From NCBI GenBank assembly GCA_963829055.1, contig CAWHHI010000003.1, positions 32,001 to 96,000 of the forward strand: a stretch of 64,000 bases of DNA. The letters are read 5' to 3'. Shown piece after piece: positions 37,472 to 48,652 of this stretch. The notes beneath the pieces are model-generated. The model had not been told where the DNA came from. It worked only from the letters and a program-made list of their open reading frames with translations, and ran no database searches. The DNA comes from an uncultured Gemmatimonadaceae bacterium. Its GTDB lineage: Bacteria; Gemmatimonadota; Gemmatimonadetes; Gemmatimonadales; Gemmatimonadaceae. A program made the translations under genes and the position numbers. Numbering within the stretch: the first letter of the stretch is position 1; each line of letters starts with the position of its first letter.

Positions 37472-40400
37472 TGCCCCTGAATCGCGCGCGGCGAGATCGG
37501 TTGCAAGCCGTACCGGAGTCCTACCTGAAGCCGCCGTCCGAGTCCGGCGCAGCCCGGCGTGTTGTAGTTCGGATTTGGAGTCGACTCGATGGTCGCGTTG
37601 TAGCAGCCGTAGTTCGCGTTGTTGAACGTGTTGAAGACGTCCGCCACGATACTCACGCGCTGGGCGTCCGCAAACCCGAACGCCTTCTCGACGCGAAGGT
37701 CGACGGTCTGCGTGCTGAAGACGTGCCCGATGCCGAGGAAGGGCTGCGTCGGCGGGGAGTAGACGTACTTTCGCTGCTGGCCGAACGCGCTGCCGGCCGA
37801 GTTGTCATCGGCGTTGATAGTGAGCCCCGTCCCGAGGTTCACGATCGTGCTCGCATAGATCTGTCCACGGAAGCCTGACGATTCCGTTCGCGACGATCGG
37901 TATGTACCTGATTCCCCGGCGCGCGCCGCCGCGGCAAATCGCCGACGGTCGGATATTTGTCGTCGAATCCCCAGAAGATGTCGGTCGTTTGCCCCTGCTC
38001 GTCGGATCTGGCCAGCGTGTACGCGATGGACCCGCCCCAGCGTGTATCGGCGAGAATGGGCCGGTCGATCTGCACCTGCATGGCGTCGTACCAACTCTTC
38101 ACGCGATCGTCGGTGACGAACGCCGTCGCGTAGTTCGGTCCGAGGCCACCGAATCCCGACGCACGAACGAAGTTCATGCCGTTGTCGCCACGCACGCCGT
38201 TGTACGACAACGTCACGAGCGCGCGGCCGACGCCCTGCCGCAGACCGCCGCTGAACTGGTAGGTCTTGGGTGGCTTGAGATCGTTCGCGACCAGGAAGAT
38301 TTCGGGGACACCGGCGGTCCCTGACAATGTCTTCAGCTGCGCCGGATCGAGATACTTCGGATCCCAGACGACGCAGTTGACTGGAGAGCCTGCCGGGCAC
38401 GACGTTCGGAAATCAATGCGCGGAACGTTGTACTGCCGGCGGAAGCGCTCGTCGAACAGCGTGTTCCAGTAGTTGCGATCATAGTAGATGCCCGCGCCGG
38501 CGAACAGCACGCTGCGACCGCTGCCGGTGACGTCGAACGACGCACCGACGCGAGGCTGCCACGCGTTCTTGAACACGGGGCGATCGCTGCTCCCGGTGGT
38601 GATGTACCGATCGAGTCCGCCGAGCTCGTCGATCACCCGCACCTGCTGGGTATTGCAACACGTGCCATCGGACTTCAACACGGGACGATCGACGACGAGC
38701 TTGCTGTTGAGAGCCCCACGCAGCGAATCCGCGAGCGGTGCCGGCGTGACATAGTCGTTGTTGATCATGTTGGTCTCGACGTCCCAGCGGAGTCCGAGAT
38801 TCAACACGAGTCGGGGCGTGACCGTCCAGTCATCCTGGAGGTACGCGCCGAACTGCTGATTGTCCGTCGTTACTTTCGGATCGCCGAAACCGTATACGGC
38901 TTCGAACGGACGGGCGTAGTTCTCATCCTTCCGGTAGCGATAGACCGGCGTCGCCTGCTGGTTCTTGATCGCTTCGTAGCTAAGGAAGTCGACCGACGCG
39001 CCGCCTTTGAACACGTGGTCGCCGCCGAACTGGACGCCCGACCGCGTTAGGTCGTTGCGCAGCGTAAGGCGTGTCTGGGTGAAGTCCTGGCTCGCATCCT
39101 TTCCGCCGACTCTCAGAAGGCCCTGATAGTCTTGCACGATCGGCGTCTCCGACTTCGGGATCGCGCCCCACGTGAAGCGCTGGCCGCTCAGCTGAGCCTC
39201 GTTCAACCATCGGTCACCGGCGTACTTCCAGTTGCGCGACGCCCGTGTAGACGTTGACGTCGAGGTTTTCGGCCGCCTGGAAGCTGGTCTGATTTCCGAA
39301 TCCGCGGAAATCGGTTTCTCGTCGAATGTTCGCGCTCGCGTCGATGGTGCTGCGATCGGACTTCTGCCACGTGAGCTTCCCGAAACCGAGGTGTTCGCGG
39401 AACTCACTCGTGAACTGGCCGGTGAGCGGCTGTAGTTGCGCGATCAGTGAAGGTGGTGCGCTGAGTCGTGTCGCCGCCGAGACGCACGTATCCGGGCTCA
39501 TCTCGCGCGTTCAGCTCGTAGGTTCCGAAGAAGAAGAGCTTGTCCTTCGCGATCGGCCCGCCGAGGCTGCCGCCGGCCTGGAGCCGCTTGTAATCGGGAC
39601 GCGGTTCGCCGCGCTGAGCGGAGATGGCATCTCGGGCGACGTACGACTTGCCGACACCGAACGCGAACGCATCACCCTCCCACTGATTGGTGCCGCTTCG
39701 CGTGGTGGCCGTGATGATCGCGCTGGCGGCCTTCTGGTACTCCGCCTTGTAGTTCTGCGTGATGACGCGGAACTCCTGCACGGCGCCCTGCGGGAATGGA
39801 TTGCCCTTGCTCGCATCCTGACCGACGACACCGCCTCGCAGCACGTCGTTCTTGTAGCTGGCGCCATCGACGAACACGTTGACGGCTTCAGGAGGCTGAC
39901 CGCCCGCCGAGATGAACTTGTCGCTGTTGTTCACGGCGGTCGCCGTCATGCCCGGCGCGAGTCGAGCGAGGTCGAGAAAGTTTCGCTCGAACGTTGGCAG
40001 GTTCTGGATCTGCTCGCGTGTGACGTTCGTGCCGACTTCCGACGTGCGCGACGTTTCCGTGGAGGTCGTGACCACGGCGACCGCGGCAAGCTGGGTCGCT
40101 GTTTCCTGAATGGAGAGATCGAGGGTGATGGTCTGGCCGATGCCGACGGTCACGGTGCGTGTCTGTGGCGTAAACCCGATGCGCCGCACCGTGACCTCGT
40201 ACGTGGCGGGCCGAAGTCCGGCGAGGTTGTAGAAACCGCTGGCGTTCGACACGGTGCCGCGATTCATGCCCATCGCCACGTTGCTCGCGGCGACCTGTGC
40301 GTCGGGGACGGCCGTATTGTTCGGGCCGCGGATGTAGCCGCGGATGCTGCCGGTCGTTGTCTGCGCGCTCAGCGTCGTCGGTGCCGCCGTCGTCATGGCG

Positions 40401-40513
40401 AGCCACATCACCGCGCCAGCGCTCACGCATCGGGTGATCGTTCGGCGCAGCGTTCGGCGCGGCGCTCCGCACGGCGTTAGGCGGCGTGATATCACACGTA
40501 CGTCATTCATCAT
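37468..40513 (-). CDS. TonB-dependent receptor with N-terminal carboxypeptidase-regulatory domain (frameshifted)
   Basis: RNFLDLARLAPG, AVQEFRVITQNYKAEY, TRSGTN, YLQDDW, LNLGLRWD, GRRLQVGLRY. Confidence 0.88.
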
Positions 40514-40598
40514 GGCTCCCTCGCTCCCGTGAGTCTGTCGTTCCTTCGAGCATTCAGATGATTTCGCTCACTCCCCCATCAGCGCCGGCAGGTTGTCG

Positions 40599-41624
40599 TT
40601 AGGTAGGTGGCGGTCGCTCGCTGGGCAGGCGCGTGCCGCAGGATTGGCGGATGACGAGCCTCGTCTCCAGCCGCTGATGCCGTCGCGTGTGCTCGTTCTT
40701 GCGAACGATCGCATGCAGCACCGTCTCCACCGCTCGCGTCCCGAGTTCCGCGATGGCCACGTGCACAGAGGACAGAGGCGGATTCATATATCTGGCGAGC
40801 GGGATATCGTCGAACCCGACCACAGCGATGTGATCCGGGACGCGTACGTCCGCATCGCGCAGTGCACTTAGCGCGCCGATGGCCATCGCATCGTTGGCCG
40901 CGAACACGGCGGTCGGCCGCTCGCCAAGGGCGAGCAGGTGTGTGACTGCACGGAAGCCCGCCGTCTCCGTGAAATCGCCTGGTAATTCCCACTCTGGTCG
41001 CGGATCGATGCCGGCGTCGCGCAGCGCGGCGCGGTAGCCACGCAAGCGCTCTTCGGCGTCGTAGTTCCCCGCCGCACCGCGGATGATCGCGATCGACCGA
41101 TGTCCGAGCCCGATCAGATGCTGGATCATCTGGTAGGCGCCGCTCTGGTTTTCGATGGTGAGCGCGTCGTAGCCGTCGCCGCTCACGTGGCAATTGAGCA
41201 GTACGACGGGGAGCGTGGCGGGTACGTTCGCGACCAGTGCGGGGGCGTCCAAGTGCGGCGACATTGCGATCAAACCGTCCACCCGCCCCCGCATTGCCCT
41301 CAGCGCGGCCTCGATCTCGGGCTTCGCGTCGTGCGAGCTCGAGACGAGCAGATGGTAGCCGCTCCGTTGGGCGGTCTGGTCCATTCCCCGGATGACTTCG
41401 GAGAAGAATTCTCCGTAGAGGTCGGGCAGGAGGACGCCGAGGGTATTCGTCCGGCTGGTGATCAGGCTGCGGGCGACGCCGTGCGGCGAATAGCAGAGCC
41501 TGGCAGCAACCTCCTGAATCCGGACGCGCGTCTCCTCACTGACCGGCCCGCTGGAGTTGAACACGCGGGACACGGTGGCGACGGACACGTTGGCCTCACG
41601 CGCGACGTCCTTGATCGTTGCCAC
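40599..41624 (-). CDS. LacI family transcriptional regulator
   Basis: ATIKDVAREANVSVATVSRV HTH; AVFAANDAMA, VVGFDD. Confidence 0.95.
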   Translation of the reverse strand: MATIKDVAREANVSVATVSRVFNSSGPVSEETRVRIQEVAARLCYSPHGVARSLITSRTNTLGVLLPDLYGEFFSEVIRGMDQTAQRSGYHLLVSSSHDAKPEIEAALRAMRGRVDGLIAMSPHLDAPALVANVPATLPVVLLNCHVSGDGYDALTIENQSGAYQMIQHLIGLGHRSIAIIRGAAGNYDAEERLRGYRAALRDAGIDPRPEWELPGDFTETAGFRAVTHLLALGERPTAVFAANDAMAIGALSALRDADVRVPDHIAVVGFDDIPLARYMNPPLSSVHVAIAELGTRAVETVLHAIVRKNEHTRRHQRLETRLVIRQSCGTRLPSERPPPT

Positions 41625-41682
41625 GTCGAAAAAGCGCCGTTGAGGGGGACTCGCTCGGACGAAACCTCTATCGTCGGCGAGG

Positions 41683-41716
41683 TGTAATCGTTTACATTGC
41701 GCCAGAGTTCTGTCAA
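41683..41716 (-). promoter_or_regulatory. LacI-type operator next to a -35 box upstream of lacI
   Basis: TGTAATCGTTTACA (41683-41696), near-palindrome with central CG typical of LacI-family sites; TTGACA on the minus strand at 41716-41711. Confidence 0.7.
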
Positions 41717-41897
41717 TAGCACAACTTCTGCAACGCGGAACTTTCGCTAAGCCCTTCGGCTTATTTGATTGTAGCGTTCATGGTTGTAGCGTTCTGGCGC
41801 CCGCGGCTGGATCCCAAGGGGTCCGCTCGCGGGCGCTCTCCAAATAGAGAAAACAGGGCAATGCAGAGCATTTCGCCCTTTTCGAGGTGAGCCGACG

Positions 41898-42824
41898 ATG
41901 GCAACGACAAAATCCCGGACGGCATCAAAGCCACGCCCGGTAGCGATCGCGGATACGACCCCGCCCGACCTTCTCGATCTCTACATCGAGGAGCTGTCGA
42001 ACGAGCCGGTCGCCACCGCGGAAGCGCAGAAGGTGCTCGCGCGCCGGATGCGCAATACAAAGCTGAGCGCCGAGGAGCGCGAAGCGGCACGGGATGAGCT
42101 CATCCGCGCCAACCTTCGGTTTGCCTTCTCGGTAGCGAAGCAGTACCAGAACCGTGGACTTCCCCTCGAAGATCTCGTGGGTGAAGCCAATGGTGGTCTC
42201 TGTCGCGCAGCGGATAAGTACGATCCCGACGTCGGGGTGAACTTCATCAGCTACGCCGTGTGGTGGATTCGCCAGGCGATCTTCTCGGCGATCTCCACCA
42301 AGACGCACACCGTGCGCGTGCCCCTCGGGCGTGCGACCGACGTGCGGAAGATCGCGCGCGCCCGCACGGCACTCCGCGAAGTGCTGGAGCGTGAGCCGAC
42401 GATCGAAGAGTTGGCCCGTGTCGCCGAGTTGCCGCTCGACGTCGTTCGTGAGCTGAGCATCGCGATTCAGCCCGAGCGCTCGCTCGACGAGCCGCTTGGC
42501 AACGGCGCCGGTCGCTCTGAAGCACGGACGCTGGCGAGCATTCTGCCGGCCGAAGCCGACGAGCGCACGGATGTCGATGCTCGATTGGAAGACGAGTCGC
42601 GTCGCGAAGCGCTGCTTCGGGCCCTCAGCCCGCTGCCGCCGCGCGACCGGAAAATCCTCCTGATGTACTATGGATTGGAGACCGGCGAACCGATGACGAT
42701 GGAGCAGATCGCCACCGTTTTCGGCGTGACCCGAGAGCGTGTTCGACAGCTCAGGGACCGCGCACTCGCCGCCGTTCGCGATGGCGAAGCAGCGAAGGCG
42801 CTGCGACGCGATTGGGCGGCGTAA
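41898..42824 (+). CDS. RNA polymerase sigma-70 factor, short RpoD/RpoS-like paralog lacking region 1.1
   Basis: ANLRFAFSVAKQYQNRGL, FISYAVWWIRQAI, REPT..ELA, GVTRERVRQL. Confidence 0.92.
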   Translation: MATTKSRTASKPRPVAIADTTPPDLLDLYIEELSNEPVATAEAQKVLARRMRNTKLSAEEREAARDELIRANLRFAFSVAKQYQNRGLPLEDLVGEANGGLCRAADKYDPDVGVNFISYAVWWIRQAIFSAISTKTHTVRVPLGRATDVRKIARARTALREVLEREPTIEELARVAELPLDVVRELSIAIQPERSLDEPLGNGAGRSEARTLASILPAEADERTDVDARLEDESRREALLRALSPLPPRDRKILLMYYGLETGEPMTMEQIATVFGVTRERVRQLRDRALAAVRDGEAAKALRRDWAA

Positions 42825-42849
42825 CCGCTCCAGTAACAACCAGTTAGAG

Positions 42850-42881
42850 AGGCCCCGCCGAAAGGTGGGGCCTTTGCTTTT
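42850..42881 (+). terminator. Intrinsic terminator
   Basis: AGGCCCCGCC-GAAA-GGTGGGGCCT followed by TTGCTTTT. Confidence 0.8.
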
Positions 42882-43005
42882 CGGCAACCGCGAATGTGAA
42901 AAAGCTCACAAATCGGGCAAGTATCGGCAGGACTGTTGAAAAGGGTCAGCCCGTTGTGTTGCACCTCTCGGATTGTACGCGTCGATGCTTCACCGAGGAG
43001 GTGCA

Positions 43006-44390
43006 ATGGCTGACACATCTACCAACAGCTGGAAGCTTCTGTACGAGGCCGGGCGACAAGCGCTCCAGGCCCGGAAGCTTCAAGAGGCCGAGCAGTCTTT
43101 CTCGGCCGCGCTGCAGCTCGCCGAGGATTTCGCCGGTGGCGATCCGCGGCTTGCTGCGACACTCAACGCGCTCGCGCGCATCTATTCGCTGCAGCGACGA
43201 TATCTCGCCGCCGCCGCGCTGCTCAATCGATTGCTCGAAGTCACCGAGCGAACACTCGGCCCTTCACACGTGCAGGTCGCCGGCGTTCTCACGAACCTCG
43301 CCGAGATGTACACGCACCTCGGTGCGGCGCGCGAGGAGCTCGAGCTCCGCGAACGTGTGCTGAGCATTCGGGCCGACGACGCCAATGCGGATGCGACGTC
43401 GGTTCAACGACTGCGCGACCGCATTCAGGAGCTTCGCGCGACGCTCGCCGCGCAGGAACCGCCAATCGTCGACGACGAATTCGACGTCCCGCCGGTGGTA
43501 CGGACAGCCGAGTACAGCTCGCCGATCACGATGGGAAGCGAGCCCGAGGTGGCGGTGGTCGCGGAGCCGTTCGCCGCGCAACCCGCCGAGACGGCGGAGA
43601 CAGCGACTGACATCGAAATGCCGGCGCCTGCCGGTCGCGACGATGCGTATAGCATGTCGCCGTATCCCGTGTCACCAGCCATGGCGCAGCTCTCGATCGC
43701 ACCATGGCCCGGTGCGGCGGCAACTGGGACTACGCCGACGAGCGGTAAGACGATCGAGATGGAGCAGCCGATGGCGGCGGCCGCGGTCGTCACGCCTGCG
43801 CCGGCGGTGGAGATCATTCCGGTGACCGAGCGATCAGCGATGTCATTCGTCGGCTCGCATGGACCACGGATTCTCCGACATGGGACGCGACGAGCTTCAG
43901 CTACCCGCATCGCGCCGGATGAGCGGTCGCTCGAGCCTCTACTCGATCGCGGCGGGCGTGGTGCTCGTTGCGGGCCTGATCGCGGCGCGCGGCTACGTGA
44001 AGAGCGCGGATGATCCGAGCATTTCCGCGGGCTCGGTGAATCTGGCGAGCTGTGGCACCGGCCAGACCTGTCGCGCCGCCGGTCGCTGCGCCGGTCGCTG
44101 CGCCGGTCGTTACTCCGGAGCCCGAGGCACGGACGGTCGAGCGGCTCATCGCAGATCACCGCGCAGAGAAGGAAGCGCGCCGTGCCGCGACCGAGTCACC
44201 GGATCGCGATGTGACCAACCTTGATTCAGCACCCCGAATCCCGAGCGCCGCGGACCTCGAGCGCACGCTGCGGAGCGTTGACGGCGCGGTGAAGGCCATC
44301 GACCAGCGCACGAGGGCGGCGACGGATTCCGCATCGCGCCTGCGGTTACAGACGCCGACCTTCAAGAAGGTGAAGGTCGCGGATCCCTGA
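43006..44390 (+). CDS. TPR-repeat membrane-anchored protein (frameshifted)
   Basis: GGAGG RBS; DPRLAATLNALARIY, LGPSHVQVAGVLTNLAEMY TPR repeats; transmembrane-like LYSIAAGVVLVAGLIAA in a shifted frame. Confidence 0.65.
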
Positions 44391-44478
44391 GCCTCCGCGG
44401 CGTGATGGCGCAGCACGGGACGGCACGTGAACGAGCTGTACGGCACGTTGCACCCTCGGTGATCTCGGTGATCTCGTG

Positions 44479-44509
44479 AAAGGCGGCGCCTCTGGAGGCG
44501 CCGCCTTTT
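44479..44509 (+). terminator. Intrinsic terminator
   Basis: AAAGGCGGCGCCTC-TG-GAGGCGCCGCCTTTT. Confidence 0.8.
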
Positions 44510-44595
44510 GCCATCGCGGCCAAATCGCGTCAGATGAGGGCCTAAAGGTGCTGTTTCGCCGGTGCGGTCCCGGAGGCACATTTCGCGGCTCGCCA

Positions 44596-46400
44596 TGTAC
44601 CAGCTACGCATGATGCATCGCCACTTGTTGTTGCCGCTGCTTGCCGCCGGAGTCGTCGGTGTCCTGGCGCGGCCCGCCGCTGCACAGGTCACGTCCGTCC
44701 GCAGCGGCAGCGAGAAGTTCGATCGCGACTCTGCACGCGGTTCCGAGGTGCTCCTGGACGCGGACGCAATCGCGAACGCGGCGCGCACGTCCCAGCTGCA
44801 GTTCGAGCAGTTCCGGAGGACCAATCTCCCGGAGTCGCACTCATCGCGTGGCGGTGGCTCGTGCGATGAGCAGGTGGGCCGATTCTGCTACTGGTACGAC
44901 GAGAAGGAACCGCCAGCCCCGCGCGAGCCCGATCGCATTCGTGACGCGCGAACGCGATTGATCTCGTTGTTCGATTCGGCGGCGGCGGCGAATCCGGCGA
45001 ACTTCTGGGTGGCATCGCAGCGCGTTCGCTATCTGTCCGAGGCGGGCCGCGCGCGCGATGCGATCGCGGCCGCTCTGGCGTGTAAAGGCGAGACCTGGCG
45101 CTGCAGCACGCTCGTTGGGTTCGCGTATCATGAGGCGGGCGATTACGTGCACGCGGACAGCACGTATCAGGCGGCGCTCCGCGTCATGCCCACGCGCGAG
45201 CGCTGTGACTGGGAAGACATCTCGCTGCTGCTCGACGAAGAGCTGCTGCCCCGGTACCGTGCGCAGCAGTGCGGGGACTCGACGCGACTGGCGTTCGAGC
45301 GGCGCGTGTGGTGGCTCGCGCGGCCGCTGTTCGCGATGCCGGTGAACGATGCGCGCACTGAGCACTACGCGCGCGTGACGATGTCGCACATGCTGGCCGA
45401 GGCGCCATCGGCGCACGAGGGCGGGTTCGACCAGGACGAGCGTGAGCTGTTGCTGCGCTACAGCTGGCCGCGCGCGTGGTCCCGCACGGGAGGCGGGTTC
45501 GGCGGCGGCCCGTCGTCGGTCGTGGGGCACGAGCCGACCCCGGCATACCCGTATCTGCCTAACGCGTTGGTGTACGACAACCCGGTGAACACCGACTCGC
45601 TGCGGTGGACGACACGACCGGGTGTGGTACACGCGCGGTACGCGCCGGCGTACGCGACGCCGTTGCTGCGCCTCGAGCATCAGTCGGCGCTGTTCCGCCG
45701 CGGCGATTCCTCGCTCGTCGTGCTCGCGTACGACCTGCGCAGCGACTCGGTGCTGGCGCGGGCGAACGACGTGCGGGCGGCGCTCGTGTTGACGCGCGGC
45801 GACGAGCACGACGCGACGATCGTCCGCGCGCCTAACAAGTCCCGCGGCGTCATCACGGCGCACAGCGTGTGGGCCCCGCTGCTCATGAGCGCCGAGGTCA
45901 CGTCGCCGACGGTGCAGCGCAGTGCGCGGGCGCGCTACGGGATCCGCCCGCCGTACGCGGTGGGCGCGCGAGTGTCGCTCTCGGACCTGCTGTTGTTCGA
46001 GCCGTACGGTCAGCTGCCGGCGTCGCTCGACGAGGTCATCCCGCACGCGATGCCGACACTACGCGTGCGTCCGGACCGGAAGGTCGGGTTCTACTGGGAG
46101 GCGTACGGCACGAACCCGGCGGGCGAGGTGATGAACATCAGCGTCGTGGTGGCGCCGGAGGTGACGGATGAGCCGACGCGCGCGCAGCGTCTCAAGCGCG
46201 CGCTGCGCGTGTGGAAAGAGGCGAAGCCCGTGAGCATACAGGTGCAGGATGTCTCGGCCCGTGGCCAGACGACTTCTGCCCGCGCGGTCGAGGTGGACAT
46301 CTCGACGCTCCCGCCAGGCCCGTATCTCGTGGAGCTCGAGATCGAGGTCGCGCAGCAGTATCACATTAGAGCGGAGCGTCGGATCGTCGTCGTCGAGTAG
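44596..46400 (+). CDS. Secreted hypothetical protein, possibly a divergent GWxTD-domain protein
   Basis: Signal peptide (..AAAQ); WWLARP...NDARTEHYARV and ELLLRYSWP resemble the GWxTD core; C-terminal SLSDLLL...YWEAYG...LPPGPY. Confidence 0.55.
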
Positions 46401-46403
46401 TCC

Positions 46404-46968
46404 GCTGCGGGCTGCTCGCTGCGTGGTTGCATTGGGGCGCGCGGGGCTGGTCTAGACCGTCGCGGCGCTAGGCGCGGGCACTCGGCTCCGGTGGCCACGC
46501 GCTTACACGCCTCGAGCCAGGGGTACCGAACTCCGTGGCTGTGAGGGTGGCTCGGCCCCGCTCGTCTCGGGGCTACGCGCGAGGCCCCCTACGCCGAGCG
46601 CCCGCGCCCCACGGTCATAGCACGCTCCGGGGCCGGCCGCTCGTCACCGCCCACGCATCGCGACTACGCCCAGCGCGCAGCAAGTCCGCGTCTCCTCTCC
46701 GCCCGTACGGCCCGCGTTAGGGCGCGCACTTGCTGGGTGCTGCGCGCTGCTTACCCTGACGTTCGGGATGCGTACCAGGAGGCGGGGGTGTCGCGTCGTA
46801 GGCGTCGTTGGCGCGTAGCCCCGAGACGACGGGGCCGAGCCAGTCTGCCCTACACGGAGCCCGGTACCCGTCGGCTCGAGGCGTGTAAGCGCCTACGGCG
46901 CCGGAGACGCGATGCCCCCGCCGACAAGACAGCGATCCCGAACGTCGAACCACCGAGCAGCACGCAGC
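46404..46968. repeat. Large imperfect fold-back element filling a convergent intergenic region
   Basis: Arms 46486-46594 and 46797-46906 are reverse complements over ~110 nt with internal mismatches; outer (46404/46954) and inner (46671/46729) stems also pair. Confidence 0.8.
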
Positions 46969-46971
46969 GCG

Positions 46972-48423
46972 CTACTGCGCCGCGTACTTTGCCGCGAGCG
47001 ACGCCAAGCCCGCGTCGATCTCCGCGGCCGGGACCCAGCGACCGCGCACCATCACACCCGCGCGCTTGGTGAGGTTGTCCAGCGATTGCAGCGGGTTCGC
47101 GTCGAGCAGCACGAGGTCCGCCCAGTTGCCGACCGCCACCGTTCCGAATTTTCCGTCCTGCTTCAGATCGCGCTCGACGTACAGGCCAACGTTTTTCGTG
47201 CCCGACTCGAGCACCTGGTACGGTGTCAGGCCCGCTTCACCCATGAGGCGCAGCTCGCGATGCAGGGCGAAGCCCGGGACGTTGAACATCTGCGGCGAAT
47301 CGGTGCCCATGAGGAGCGGCGCGCCGGCGTCGGCGAGCGCCTTGAGAAATTTCCGACGATGCGAGAGCAGCTGCTGCGCGAGCTCCGGCGTCACGCCGCC
47401 CTGCGTTAGACCTTGCGCCTGATTCCGCTTCTGCGTGATCCAGCCGTTCACCCATTGCTTCGGCGCGTACTTCATCTCGGGGCGCTGTGCGGCCGACTCC
47501 GGGGCGAATGTTCCGTACAGGCTCTCCCAGAGGAACACCGTCGGCACGTTCCAGACGCCAGCGTCTTTCGTCCGGCGCGCGAGCTCGCGGAGCTTGTCGT
47601 CGGTAACGCCCGCCATCCACTCGCTGAACGGCACCTGCTCCGTCGGCGACATGATGCGGCGCTTCAGTGGGTCGGGGACCGCGCCTTCGATGTAGCCGTC
47701 GAGGTGATCCACCGTCGATTGACGTACCTCGAGCGTGCGGTCGATCCCGACCTGCTGGGACACGTGGCCGCCGAACGTGATGCCGACTTCGCGCGCGACG
47801 CGCACGGCGCTATCGTACGTGGCCCGCGTTAGGCCCGGGTGCAGCTTCAGGAGGTCGTAGCCGGCCGCTTTGTGCGCGCGCACGAGCTTCATGGCCGTAT
47901 CCGGGTTCGGCGCGCTGTTGCCATTGAGTGAGGGCGCGGCGACGAACATCGTGGGCCCGAGGACTTCGCCCTTCTGCAGCTGCCCGCGCAGCACGAGCTG
48001 GTTCGGAGCGCCAAGCATGGCGCGGATGGTGGTGACGCCGTTCGCGACGTACAGGAACATGATGTCGCGATTCAGCTCCTGCGGCTGCGCCGGGCCGAGC
48101 ACGTGCGCGTGCATCTCGGCGAGGCCAGGCATGAGGTACTTGCCGCGACCATCGATGCGCTGCGCGTCAGGCGGCACACGAACCGAGGCTGACGGTCCGA
48201 CGGCGGCGATACGTCCGTCGCGCACGAGCACGGTCTGACCGGTGAGCACGCGATCGCGGTCCATCGGCAGGACGCTGACGTCGACGAACGCGAATGTCCC
48301 GGCTGCCGAGCTTCGGTGCGCCGGCGTTGGCGTCCGGACTTTCACGCCGGGCGAGAACGCCGTCGCGGCGAGTATGCTCGAGCCAAGGAATGCGGCTGCG
48401 ATGAGACGTGTTCTGTTCGACAT
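46972..48423 (-). CDS. Secreted amidohydrolase family protein
   Basis: DGRGKYLMPGLAEMHAH, NGVTTIR, GTDSP, ADLVLLDANPL. Confidence 0.88.
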   Translation of the reverse strand: MSNRTRLIAAAFLGSSILAATAFSPGVKVRTPTPAHRSSAAGTFAFVDVSVLPMDRDRVLTGQTVLVRDGRIAAVGPSASVRVPPDAQRIDGRGKYLMPGLAEMHAHVLGPAQPQELNRDIMFLYVANGVTTIRAMLGAPNQLVLRGQLQKGEVLGPTMFVAAPSLNGNSAPNPDTAMKLVRAHKAAGYDLLKLHPGLTRATYDSAVRVAREVGITFGGHVSQQVGIDRTLEVRQSTVDHLDGYIEGAVPDPLKRRIMSPTEQVPFSEWMAGVTDDKLRELARRTKDAGVWNVPTVFLWESLYGTFAPESAAQRPEMKYAPKQWVNGWITQKRNQAQGLTQGGVTPELAQQLLSHRRKFLKALADAGAPLLMGTDSPQMFNVPGFALHRELRLMGEAGLTPYQVLESGTKNVGLYVERDLKQDGKFGTVAVGNWADLVLLDANPLQSLDNLTKRAGVMVRGRWVPAAEIDAGLASLAAKYAAQ

Positions 48424-48652
48424 AATGCTCTCGACCGGTGAAGTTGTCCGAGCGCCCCTGCTGCGCGTGGCAAGACAGCGCGATCAAGCTACGCCGTGAT
48501 GGCCGTGATGTGGGCCATACAACGGTTCATCACACCACAGCGTTACGTTTTTGCTGTCCCTGTCCATGATGGACCGGGGCGTTTGTCGCCTCCGATCCGG
48601 TCGTCTCCGACCAGGCAGTCCGGTTCGCGCAGTCCCCCTCCCGTTACAGTCC

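Noticed and set aside
40604..45557. Gaps free of the CCTAAC motif as markers of foreign DNA
   Set aside because: With ~1.1 kb mean spacing, a few 3-5 kb gaps among 59 sites are compatible with chance
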